Source of the DNA: Escherichia coli
Lineage (GTDB): Bacteria > Pseudomonadota > Gammaproteobacteria > Enterobacterales > Enterobacteriaceae
NCBI RefSeq assembly: GCF_003334765.1
Contig: NZ_QOWT01000039.1
Strand: one strand, 5' to 3'
DNA: 31,624 nt
Part shown: in pieces, positions 1 to 9,681 of the stretch
Layout: every line of letters begins with the position of its first letter
Position numbering within the stretch: the stretch's first letter is position 1
Program-made: the position numbers and the translations under genes
Notes under the pieces: model-generated
What the model was told of the DNA's origin: nothing
Database searches by the model: none
Seen by the model: the letters and a program-made list of their open reading frames with translations, nothing else

Positions 1-49
1 ATGACTCATGATGAACCCTGTTCCATGGCTCCAGATGACAAACATGATC

Positions 50-1000
50 TCATATCAGGGACTTGTTCGCACCTTCCCTAAATCTATCGCCTGTATGATC
101 CCCAAGGAAGATACAAGGGGTTATCGCATCGTCCTTTAAAAAAACATGTTGATGCAACTCATTCAAGATCATGTCTCTCGTATTTAATAAATCGTAGAGC
201 ACTTTATTATTTTTATGTTTGTATGCAGATGAAGCCATCTCTTCGTGTTTTAATAATTCACATAATAAACTCCAACCCTTTTCCCTGATGCCTATATGCC
301 CTGAAACGAGCAATGCATAAAGTACAGCGCCTACTCTTCCATCTGTATCGCCAAAATAAGCCGTGTTGGCATTTTGTGGGTTAATCACACCACACTGTTT
401 ATAGAAGTCTATTTTTGAAAACACAGATTTAACATAGCTATCAAACTTTTCCTTAGTAAACGTCTCTTTAGAGACATCCCAACGCCAGTCAGGTTTGAAA
501 TTACCACTAAGAAGAGTAAAGAAATTTCTCGCTATGATAGAAAGCCCATCAACTTTATAAATTATATCTGATTTATCTCCAGAGGAATTAATAAAATAAT
601 AACCGCCCTTACACTCAACAGTAACGGTAATGGGAGACGATAATTTTAACACATGGTTATTGTCTGGTATAATTGTAAAGATAAACGTATCAGTAGTATT
701 GTCGGCGAATCTATTATATTCTTGAATATCTATAGAAGGTTCACTATTATAAAACCATACTTTCTCCATCTGGTGACTACGATCATTTACCTTCCAGTGA
801 CCATGTTGCAGGAAATAGATGATATGCAGGCCAAAATCGTTATCTATTTGCGAATCATTATCCAGTTTATCAAATTCAACTATCTTTGCACGATGTGTTT
901 TATCAACCTTGCCATGGTGTTGATGACTGTTAACTTTATCTGAATGCTTATCTTGATGGCTTGAAGAGATGTTTCTAATCTGATTGTCAATTGCTTTCAT
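50..1000 (-). CDS. yhiL: Uncharacterised AT-rich protein, YhiL/YhiJ-like (DUF4049-type), possibly a truncated or pseudogene fragment
   Basis: ORF-track frame 50..1036. Codon at 1034-1036 is TTG without an SD; the ATG at 998-1000 has AGGT 5 nt upstream, so start set to 1000. Divergent from yhiM as in the E. coli gene order. Ends at TGA 50-52 with the same frame still open to the window edge. Family assignment is from memory, not a search. Confidence 0.55.
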   Translation of the reverse strand: MKAIDNQIRNISSSHQDKHSDKVNSHQHHGKVDKTHRAKIVEFDKLDNDSQIDNDFGLHIIYFLQHGHWKVNDRSHQMEKVWFYNSEPSIDIQEYNRFADNTTDTFIFTIIPDNNHVLKLSSPITVTVECKGGYYFINSSGDKSDIIYKVDGLSIIARNFFTLLSGNFKPDWRWDVSKETFTKEKFDSYVKSVFSKIDFYKQCGVINPQNANTAYFGDTDGRVGAVLYALLVSGHIGIREKGWSLLCELLKHEEMASSAYKHKNNKVLYDLLNTRDMILNELHQHVFLKDDAITPCIFLGDHTGDRFREGANKSLI

Positions 1001-1382
1001 AAATAACCTGTGATATTTTTGAATTGTTTGTAACAAAATAAATGATACTTGTCTGAAAAACAGATTTACGACGATATAAAATAATAATACTTATATGTTC
1101 GCTGATTTTAAGCACCGAGACTATCCGGTCTTTTACCAAATAATGAAGAATAATCCCTCCCTGGAAGATAATTGTAAAAAACAACAGCATAAGAATTAAT
1201 CTTAGGATAAATTTTTATTTATCATGGCCTTTTGAACGCTGAAAAGTAGCGCTCTGCAAAGTAAACCCCGCTATAGTTATGCTATGCATTTGTCTTTAAT
1301 GATATCTCGTCATTATATTAACAGGATGAAATTATCATTAATGCATATTTCAATATTAGCAGGGATACCTGAGGAGTTTAAA

Positions 1383-2435
1383 GTGAACATATATATCGGG
1401 TGGCTTTTCAAATTAATCCCTTTGATTATGGGCTTAATTTGTATCGCGTTAGGTGGCTTTGTGCTGGAAAGTTCAGGGCAAAGCGAGTATTTCGTCGCGG
1501 GTCATGTGCTGATTTCTCTGGCGGCCATATGCCTGGCATTATTCACTACCGCATTTATTATCATTTCGCAGCTCACGCGCGGCGTTAATACGTTTTACAA
1601 TACATTGTTCCCCATTATTGGCTATGCGGGGTCAATTATCACCATGATATGGGGTTGGGCACTGTTAGCAGGCAATGATGTGATGGCAGACGAGTTTGTC
1701 GCCGGCCATGTTATTTTCGGCGTTGGTATGATTGCCGCCTGTGTATCGACGGTGGCAGCGTCATCCGGTCACTTTCTGCTCATTCCCAAAAATGCAGCGG
1801 GGAGCAAGAGCGACGGAACACCGGTACAGGCTTATTCTTCATTAATCGGTAACTGCCTCATTGCCGTTCCCGTTTTACTCACCCTGCTCGGTTTCATTTG
1901 GTCTATTACGCTGTTACGTAGTGCTGACATAACTCCGCATTATGTCGCGGGTCACGTATTGCTTGGGTTAACCGCAATCTGTGCCTGTCTAATTGGCCTT
2001 GTTGCCACAATTGTCCATCAAACACGTAATACGTTTTCAACTAAAGAACACTGGCTGTGGTGTTATTGGGTTATTTTTCTCGGCTCAATCACGGTACTGC
2101 AGGGGATATACGTCTTAGTCAGTTCCGATGCAAGCGCCCGACTGGCTCCCGGCATTATTCTTATTTGCCTCGGAATGATCTGTTACAGCATATTCTCAAA
2201 AGTCTGGCTACTGGCACTGGTATGGAGACGTACCTGTTCGTTAGCCAACAGAATACCGATGATTCCCGTCTTCACCTGCCTGTTTTGCCTTTTCCTGGCA
2301 TCGTTTCTTGCGGAAATGGCGCAGACCGACATGGGATATTTTATTCCTTCGCGAGTTCTGGTCGGTTTGGGAGCGGTATGCTTTACGTTGTTCTCAATCG
2401 TTTCAATATTAGAAGCGGGTTCTGCTAAAAAATAA
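1383..2435 (+). CDS. yhiM: Inner-membrane protein YhiM (DUF2776 family), 350 aa
   Basis: ORF-track frame 1284..2435. GTG at 1383-1385 with GAGGAG 7 nt upstream gives the known 350-aa length. Highly hydrophobic multi-helix protein with repeated VAGHV motifs. Confidence 0.85.
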   Translation: MNIYIGWLFKLIPLIMGLICIALGGFVLESSGQSEYFVAGHVLISLAAICLALFTTAFIIISQLTRGVNTFYNTLFPIIGYAGSIITMIWGWALLAGNDVMADEFVAGHVIFGVGMIAACVSTVAASSGHFLLIPKNAAGSKSDGTPVQAYSSLIGNCLIAVPVLLTLLGFIWSITLLRSADITPHYVAGHVLLGLTAICACLIGLVATIVHQTRNTFSTKEHWLWCYWVIFLGSITVLQGIYVLVSSDASARLAPGIILICLGMICYSIFSKVWLLALVWRRTCSLANRIPMIPVFTCLFCLFLASFLAEMAQTDMGYFIPSRVLVGLGAVCFTLFSIVSILEAGSAKK

Positions 2436-2451
2436 TTGCAACGTACCGGAT

Positions 2452-2490
2452 AAAACCAGCGTTGACCATTTGCGTAACGCTGGTTTTTCT
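2452..2490 (+). terminator. Intrinsic terminator downstream of yhiM
   Basis: Stem ccagcgtt (2456-2463) pairs with aacgctgg (2476-2483), followed by ttttt (2484-2488). Confidence 0.6.
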
Positions 2491-2749
2491 TAGGCATCAT
2501 GAAATAACGCAGCATTAATGCATAGTGGTTAAGTATAAAAAACAGCAAAGTTACTGTTTTTTTCAACCTGTTCATATTTCATAAAGATCTGGCCACTGGG
2601 TGAGTTTTCAATCACCTTTCCATCCACCTTATATTAAGCATGGAGGGTTTCAGTTCACGGGCTCATTAGAAAATAATCACAAGATAACCACTATCAAAAT
2701 TAGCTCATTTTTAATGCGACTCTAATAATTTTCATCTTTAGGAAATAGG

Positions 2750-3952
2750 TCAGGACGACTTTGCTGCAATCAAATCCTGCGCACAAGCCCACGCACTCGA
2801 CCACGCCCACTGGAAGTTATAGCCCCCCAGCCAGCCGGTGACGTCCATCACTTCGCCGATGAAGTACAGCCCAGGCACTTTGCGCGCTTCCATCGTCCGT
2901 GAAGAGAGTTCGTTGGTGTCCACGCCGCCGAGCGTCACTTCGGCAGTGCGATAGCCTTCAGTGCCGTTGGGTTGTACGCGCCAGTCGGTCAATGTGCTAA
3001 TCAGTGCCTGTTGGTCACGCACGTTGAGCTGTTTTAGCGAAACATCCGGGATTTGCCCGAGTTGCTGTAAGCGTTCAACCAACCGCTTCGGTAGATGAAC
3101 CGCCAGTGTGTTTTTCAGGCTTTGATTCGGATGTGCGTTACGCTGCTCATTCAGGAAGGTTTCGAGGTCCACATCCGGTAGCAGATTGATGCTGACAAAT
3201 TCCCCCGGTTGCCAGTAGCTTGAAATCTGCAACACCGCCGGTCCAGACAAGCCGCGGTGGGTGAAGAGTAAGTTCTCACGGAAAACGGTGCCGTTTTCAG
3301 CGGTAATCACGGAAGGCACCGCCACGCCCGCCAGCACCTGTAACTCTTCGAGCAACGGTTTATGCAGAGTGAATGGCACCAGACCCGCGCGGGTCGGCAG
3401 CACGTTGAGGCCAAATTGTTCGGCAATCTTATAACCAAACGGCGACGCGCCCAGCCCCGGCATTGACAGCCCACCAGTCGCGATGACCAGCTTTTCGCAA
3501 CCGACAGTCATGCCGTTCAGATCAAGCGTGAAGCCTGTTTCATCCTTCGCCACACTCAGCACTTCGCTACGCAATCTGAAGGTCACATTGCCCTTCTCGC
3601 ACTCATCCACCAGCATGTCGACAATCTGCTGCGCGGAGTCATCGCAGAAGAGTTGCCCTAACGTTTTCTCGTGCCAGGCGATGCCGTGTTTATTGACCAG
3701 ATCAATGAAATCCCACTGGGTAAAACGTGCGAGTGCAGACTTACAAAAATGCGGATTCTGGCTCAGATAAGCGCCTGGTTCGACATAAAGGTTGGTAAAG
3801 TTGCAGCGCCCACCGCCAGACATAAGGATTTTGCGCCCTGGTTTTTTACCATTATCGATCAGCAGAACCCGGCGTCCTGCCTGACCTGCCAGCGCAGAAC
3901 AGAACATACCCGCCGCACCAGCGCCTATAATAATGGCATCAAACCTTTCCAC
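2750..3952 (-). CDS. yhiN: FAD-dependent oxidoreductase, HI0933/BaiN-like flavoprotein YhiN, 400 aa
   Basis: ORF 2750..3952. N-terminal dinucleotide-binding motif DAIIIGAGAAGMF. GTG start at 3950-3952 (reverse strand) with GAGGAG SD 6 nt upstream. Confidence 0.88.
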   Translation of the reverse strand: MERFDAIIIGAGAAGMFCSALAGQAGRRVLLIDNGKKPGRKILMSGGGRCNFTNLYVEPGAYLSQNPHFCKSALARFTQWDFIDLVNKHGIAWHEKTLGQLFCDDSAQQIVDMLVDECEKGNVTFRLRSEVLSVAKDETGFTLDLNGMTVGCEKLVIATGGLSMPGLGASPFGYKIAEQFGLNVLPTRAGLVPFTLHKPLLEELQVLAGVAVPSVITAENGTVFRENLLFTHRGLSGPAVLQISSYWQPGEFVSINLLPDVDLETFLNEQRNAHPNQSLKNTLAVHLPKRLVERLQQLGQIPDVSLKQLNVRDQQALISTLTDWRVQPNGTEGYRTAEVTLGGVDTNELSSRTMEARKVPGLYFIGEVMDVTGWLGGYNFQWAWSSAWACAQDLIAAKSS

Positions 3953-4183
3953 GTTGCGCTCCTCTTAGAAAAAACGGGCGTGAATTGTAAAGATTCCTCA
4001 GTGGTCGCACCAGCATCAATATTACTAAAAGGAAGTATTTGCCTGAATTATATAAGATAATTATTTTTTGAGTGAAATCCATACAGGGGGCAAATCAAAA
4101 AAAGTCTATATTTCACTTTGCCCGCGCCGCGAAAGTCACTGATAATGCGCCGCGTTCATGTCCTCAAAATGGCGTAACGTCCT

Positions 4184-5683
4184 ATGCTACATTTGTTTGC
4201 TGGCCTGGATTTGCATACCGGGCTGTTATTATTGCTTGCACTGGCTTTTGTGCTGTTCTACGAAGCCATCAATGGTTTCCATGACACAGCCAACGCCGTG
4301 GCAACCGTTATCTATACCCGCGCGATGCGTTCTCAGCTCGCCGTGGTTATGGCGGCGGTATTCAACTTTTTGGGTGTTTTGCTGGGTGGTCTGAGTGTTG
4401 CCTATGCCATTGTGCATATGCTGCCGACGGATCTGCTGCTTAATATGGGATCGTCTCATGGCCTTGCCATGGTGTTCTCTATGTTGCTGGCGGCGATTAT
4501 CTGGAACCTGGGTACCTGGTACTTTGGTTTACCTGCATCCAGCTCTCATACGCTGATTGGCGCGATCATCGGGATTGGTTTAACCAATGCGTTGATGACC
4601 GGGACGTCAGTGGTGGATGCACTCAATATCCCGAAAGTATTAAGTATTTTCGGTTCTCTGATCGTTTCCCCTATTGTCGGCCTGGTGTTTGCTGGCGGTC
4701 TGATTTTCTTGCTGCGTCGCTACTGGAGCGGCACCAAGAAACGCGCCCGTATCCACCTGACCCCAGCGGAGCGTGAAAAGAAAGACGGCAAGAAAAAGCC
4801 GCCGTTCTGGACGCGTATTGCGCTGATCCTTTCCGCTATCGGCGTGGCGTTTTCGCACGGCGCGAACGATGGTCAGAAAGGCATTGGTCTGGTTATGTTG
4901 GTATTGATTGGCGTCGCGCCAGCAGGCTTCGTGGTGAACATGAATGCCACTGGCTACGAAATCACCCGTACCCGTGATGCCATCAACAACGTCGAAGCTT
5001 ACTTTGAGCAGCATCCTGCGCTGCTCAAACAGGCTACCGGTGCTGATCAGTTAGTACCGGCTCCGGAAGCTGGCGCAACGCAACCTGCGGAGTTCCACTG
5101 CCATCCGTCGAATACCATTAACGCGCTCAACCGCCTGAAAGGTATGTTGACCACCGATGTGGAAAGCTACGACAAGCTGTCGCTTGATCAACGTAGCCAG
5201 ATGCGCCGCATTATGCTGTGCGTTTCTGACACTATCGACAAAGTGGTGAAGATGCCTGGCGTGAGTGCTGACGATCAGCGCCTGTTGAAGAAACTGAAGT
5301 CCGACATGCTTAGCACCATCGAGTATGCACCGGTGTGGATCATCATGGCGGTCGCGCTGGCGTTAGGTATCGGTACGATGATTGGCTGGCGCCGTGTGGC
5401 AACGACTATCGGTGAGAAAATCGGTAAGAAAGGCATGACCTACGCTCAGGGGATGTCTGCCCAGATGACGGCGGCAGTGTCTATCGGCCTGGCGAGTTAT
5501 ACCGGGATGCCGGTTTCCACTACTCACGTACTCTCCTCTTCTGTCGCGGGGACGATGGTGGTAGATGGTGGCGGCTTACAGCGTAAAACCGTGACCAGCA
5601 TTCTGATGGCCTGGGTGTTTACCCTTCCGGCTGCGGTACTGCTTTCCGGCGGGCTGTACTGGCTCTCCTTGCAGTTCCTGTAA
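4184..5683 (+). CDS. pitA: Low-affinity inorganic phosphate transporter PitA (PiT family), 499 aa
   Basis: ORF 4184..5683 with ATG start. Polytopic membrane protein whose length and sequence match PitA as recalled. Confidence 0.93.
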
Positions 5684-5750
5684 TCGTACGCACCAAAACG
5701 AGCGGGTCAGCTGGCCCGCTTCAGATTGTGACATAGTGCGCTTTGTTCAT

Positions 5751-5849
5751 GCCGGATGCGGCGTGAACGCCTTATCCGGCCTACAAAAACATGCAAATTC
5801 AATAGATTGCAGAGATTATGTAGGCCTGATAAGCGTAGCGCATCAGGCA
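5751..5849. repeat. BIME / RIP-type element: two inverted REP sequences around a central spacer
   Basis: REP gccggatgcggcgtgaacgccttatccggcctaca (5751-5785) and inverted REP tgtaggcctgataagcgtagcgcatcaggca (5819-5849). Spacer contains ttcaatagattg, resembling an IHF site. Confidence 0.8.
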
Positions 5850-5870
5850 ATTTTGCGTTTGTAATCAGTC

Positions 5871-5903
5871 TCGAGCGGGTCAGTTTACTGGCCCGCTTTT
5901 TTT
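5871..5903 (+). terminator. Intrinsic terminator downstream of the pitA 3' REP region
   Basis: Hairpin gagcgggtcag...ctggcccgc followed by a T7 tract. A near-identical hairpin without a T tract lies at 5700-5721. Confidence 0.6.
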
Positions 5904-5926
5904 ATGCGTTATTATTGCTGAAGTGC

Positions 5927-6262
5927 TTAATGCCAAATCATCAATGCAATCAGGCTGACCACCACCAGACCACACAATGCGCTGGTCAGAATAAACTGCC
6001 GACGCACCCGCTCACAGCGGCGAATAAATTCATCATCGTGATGATCGCGATAACGTTGGGCATAGATATACCAAACGAGACGCACCTGTTTGTTGGGTTG
6101 GCCATGTGAGGTAAAAAAGCCCCCTCCATCAACATATTGATAGAGCAATGGATCGCAGTTACGCAGTACCACTAACAACGCGCGTAGTGATGAGAAATAG
6201 CGCGCCATGTTAACAATGCAAACGACACATAAAGCCCAAAATAATGCGACGGTGCTTATCAT
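5927..6262 (-). CDS. uspB: Universal stress protein B (UspB), 111 aa
   Basis: ORF 5927..6262. ATG at 6260-6262 (reverse strand) with GAGGAGGT SD. Small two-helix membrane protein of the known length. Confidence 0.92.
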
Positions 6263-6490
6263 ACCTCCTCCCCGGCGACCTGCCCGCGGAGTTCCACCCC
6301 GGGGCTACCGCTCCCGATACGCTGCCAATCAGTTAACACCAGGTCCTGGAGAAACCGCTTTTGTGGTGACCAACATACGAGCGGCTCTATAGATAGTGTA
6401 GGAGATCAGGTTGTTTTTTTTCCAGAAGGTTAACCACTATCAATATATTCATGTCGAAAATTTGTTTATCTAACGAGTAAGCAAGGCGGA

Positions 6491-6519
6491 TTGACGGATC
6501 ATCCGGGTCGCTATAAGGT
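6491..6519 (+). promoter_or_regulatory. Putative sigma70 promoter of uspA
   Basis: TTGACG (6491-6496) followed by a TATAAG-type -10 element (6512-6517), about 135 nt upstream of the uspA ATG. Exact hexamer register is uncertain. Confidence 0.45.
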
Positions 6520-6652
6520 AAGGATGGTCTTAACACTGAATCTTTACGGCTGGGTTAGCCCCGCGCACGTAGTTCGCAGGACGCGGGTGACGTAACGGCA
6601 CAAGAAACGCTAGCTGGCCAGTCATCGACAACTTTATGGAAGGAGTAACACT

Positions 6653-7087
6653 ATGGCTTATAAACACATTCTCATCGCGGTCGACCTCTCCCCGGAAAGC
6701 AAAGTTCTGGTAGAGAAAGCAGTCTCTATGGCTCGCCCCTACAATGCGAAAGTTTCTCTGATCCACGTAGATGTAAACTACTCTGACCTATACACCGGGC
6801 TTATTGATGTGAATCTGGGTGATATGCAGAAACGCATCTCTGAAGAGACACATCATGCACTGACCGAGCTTTCCACTAATGCAGGCTACCCAATCACTGA
6901 AACCCTGAGCGGCAGCGGCGACCTGGGCCAGGTTCTGGTCGATGCAATCAAGAAATACGATATGGATTTGGTGGTTTGTGGTCACCACCAGGACTTCTGG
7001 AGCAAACTGATGTCTTCCGCACGTCAGCTGATCAACACCGTTCACGTTGATATGCTGATTGTTCCGCTGCGCGACGAAGAAGAATAA
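6653..7087 (+). CDS. uspA: Universal stress protein A (UspA), 144 aa
   Basis: ORF 6653..7087. AGGAG SD upstream of ATG. Sequence [17 protein letters not shown]... matches UspA as recalled. Confidence 0.95.
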
Positions 7088-7111
7088 TCTTCCCTCTACG
7101 ACGTGTTCCTG

Positions 7112-7145
7112 AACGCCCGCATATGCGGGCGTTTTGCTTTTTGGC
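7112..7145 (+). terminator. Intrinsic terminator of uspA
   Basis: Hairpin gcccgcatatgcgggc (7114-7130) followed by gttttgcttttt. Confidence 0.7.
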
Positions 7146-7159
7146 GCGCCTTGTTACCT

Positions 7160-7200
7160 GATCAGCGTAAACACCTTATCTGGCCTACGGTCTGCGTACG
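7160..7200. repeat. Degenerate REP-like element
   Basis: Sequence ...cgtaaacaccttatctggcctacgg... resembles the REP consensus seen at 5751 and 17254. Confidence 0.4.
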
Positions 7201-7403
7201 CAATCAAAATCCCCAGCCAATACAACATTTAACACCATCATATTTTCCATCATTAGTGTGATCATCTGGTTATTTTCTTTTGTAATAGTGTATTAATCTA
7301 TTCACCGCATCAATATTAAGAATCTCTGACAGATGTAAACTTTTTCGCGCGTTATCCCTTACGCGTTCATACTTTTCAGGATGGTATTGGAAGGTTAATA
7401 AAT

Positions 7404-8873
7404 ATGAATACAACAACACCCATGGGGATGCTGCAGCAACCTCGCCCATTTTTCATGATCTTTTTTGTCGAGTTATGGGAGCGATTCGGCTACTACGGCG
7501 TGCAGGGCGTACTGGCGGTTTTCTTCGTTAAACAGCTTGGATTCTCGCAAGAGCAGGCTTTTGTCACTTTTGGTGCTTTTGCTGCGCTGGTCTATGGCCT
7601 CATTTCCATTGGCGGCTATGTCGGCGACCACCTGCTGGGGACCAAACGCACCATTGTTCTTGGAGCACTTGTGCTGGCGATTGGCTACTTCATGACCGGC
7701 ATGTCGCTACTTAAGCCTGACCTGATTTTCATCGCCCTGGGGACTATCGCTGTCGGTAACGGCCTGTTTAAAGCTAACCCAGCCAGCTTGCTTTCGAAGT
7801 GCTATCCGCCGAAAGATCCGCGGCTTGATGGCGCATTCACCCTGTTCTATATGTCGATCAACATCGGCTCGTTGATAGCGTTATCGCTGGCCCCTGTGAT
7901 CGCTGATAGATTCGGTTATTCAGTCACCTACAACCTGTGCGGGGCGGGGTTAATTATCGCATTACTGGTTTACATCGCCTGTCGTGGAATGGTGAAAGAC
8001 ATTGGTTCTGAACCCGACTTCCGGCCAATGAGCTTCAGCAAACTGTTGTACGTGTTACTTGGCAGCGTGGTGATGATCTTCGTATGCGCATGGCTGATGC
8101 ACAACGTAGAAGTCGCCAATCTGGTGCTGATTGTTCTCTCCATCGTCGTCACCATCATCTTCTTTCGTCAGGCATTCAAGCTGGATAAAACCGGGCGCAA
8201 TAAAATGTTTGTCGCCTTTGTCCTGATGCTCGAAGCGGTGGTGTTTTACATTCTCTACGCCCAGATGCCAACATCGCTGAACTTCTTTGCCATCAACAAC
8301 GTGCATCATGAAATTCTCGGTTTTTCCATCAACCCGGTCAGCTTCCAGGCGCTTAACCCGTTCTGGGTGGTACTCGCCAGCCCAATACTGGCAGGCATTT
8401 ACACGCATCTGGGTAACAAAGGCAAAGACCTCTCGATGCCGATGAAATTTACTCTCGGCATGTTTATGTGCTCACTGGGCTTTTTGACGGCGGCAGCTGC
8501 GGGAATGTGGTTTGCGGATGCACAAGGGCTGACATCGCCATGGTTTATCGTGCTGGTGTACTTATTCCAGAGCTTAGGTGAACTGTTTATTAGCGCCCTT
8601 GGCCTGGCGATGATTGCTGCCCTGGTGCCGCAGCATTTGATGGGCTTTATTCTCGGGATGTGGTTCCTGACGCAGGCTGCCGCGTTCTTGCTGGGCGGCT
8701 ATGTGGCAACATTTACCGCGGTGCCGGACAACATTACCGATCCGCTTGAGACGTTGCCCGTCTATACCAACGTGTTTGGTAAGATTGGTCTGGTCACGCT
8801 GGGCGTTGCAGTAGTGATGCTGTTGATGGTGCCGTGGCTGAAACGCATGATTGCGACGCCGGAAAGCCATTAA
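7404..8873 (+). CDS. dtpB: Proton-dependent di/tripeptide permease DtpB (YhiP; POT/PTR2 family), 489 aa
   Basis: ORF 7404..8873 with AAGG SD. Polytopic MFS-like protein including the ExxERFxYYG motif ([10 protein letters not shown]). Confidence 0.92.
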
Positions 8874-8887
8874 TTATTCTTGCAGAA

Positions 8888-8920
8888 AGCAGGGTAGCGT
8901 TATCGCTACCCTGTTTTAGT
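8888..8920. terminator. Bidirectional hairpin terminator between convergent dtpB and rsmJ
   Basis: Stem agcagggtagcg / cgctaccctg with loop ttat, followed by ttttagtttt on the + strand. Confidence 0.6.
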
Positions 8921-8921
8921 T

Positions 8922-9674
8922 TTACACTGGCGTACCTGCATAGATATCAAAGCGATGCCCTTTAGTGACTACCGCGTTTGGCGTGGCGACATTCGCCAGC
9001 GGTGGCGCGTAGTCCGGGCGCTTTACCACCACGCGTTTGGTCGCCAGCAAGCGTGCAGGCTCCAGTAATCCATCGGCATCAAGATCCGGTCCCACCAGCG
9101 ACTGAAAGACACGCATCTCTTTTTTCACTAGCGCGCTTTTCTGCTTATGCGGGAACATCGGGTCGAGATAAACCACCTGCGGGCGCGGGGTAATATCAGT
9201 CAGCGCCGTCAGGCTGGAGGCGTGAATTAACTGCAACCGCTCCTGCAACCAGCCGCCGATTTCCGCATCCGCATAACCACGCGCCAGGCCGTCGTCGAGT
9301 AGCGCGGCAACCACTGGATTACGCTCCAGCATCCGCACGCGGCAGCCGACTGAAGCCAGTACAAAGGCATCGCGCCCAAGTCCTGCAGTGGCATCCACCA
9401 CATCCGGCAAATAATCGCCTTTAATGCCCACCGCTTTCGCCACCGCCTCACCGCGACCACCGCCGAATTTGCGTCGGTGCGCCATCGCTCCGCCAACAAA
9501 ATCAACAAAGATGCCGCCAAGTTTTGGCTCATCACGCTTGCGCAATTCCAGATGTTCCGGCGTTAACACCAGCGCCATCAGGTTGTCTTCATCGTGCTCC
9601 AGCCCCCAGCGGGCCGCCAGAACAGATAAGGCACCGTCTCCGGTGCCTGTTTCATCAATTAAGCAGATTTTCAC
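8922..9674 (-). CDS. rsmJ: 16S rRNA (guanine1516-N2)-methyltransferase RsmJ (YhiQ), 250 aa
   Basis: ORF-track frame 8922..9779. GTG at 9672-9674 (reverse strand) gives the known 250 aa and begins 7 nt after the prlC stop. Sequence [17 protein letters not shown]... matches RsmJ as recalled. Confidence 0.88.
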   Translation of the reverse strand: MKICLIDETGTGDGALSVLAARWGLEHDEDNLMALVLTPEHLELRKRDEPKLGGIFVDFVGGAMAHRRKFGGGRGEAVAKAVGIKGDYLPDVVDATAGLGRDAFVLASVGCRVRMLERNPVVAALLDDGLARGYADAEIGGWLQERLQLIHASSLTALTDITPRPQVVYLDPMFPHKQKSALVKKEMRVFQSLVGPDLDADGLLEPARLLATKRVVVKRPDYAPPLANVATPNAVVTKGHRFDIYAGTPV

Positions 9675-9681
9675 TGAATGA

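Noticed and set aside
1284-1382. Extended N-terminus for yhiM starting at ATG 1284
   Set aside because: No SD precedes 1284, whereas GTG 1383 has GAGGAG at optimal spacing and yields the known 350-aa length.
2057-2575. ORFs 2057..2428 (+) and 2183..2575 (-) overlapping the yhiM 3' half and terminator
   Set aside because: They overlap a well-supported membrane-protein frame and an intrinsic terminator, with no independent signals.
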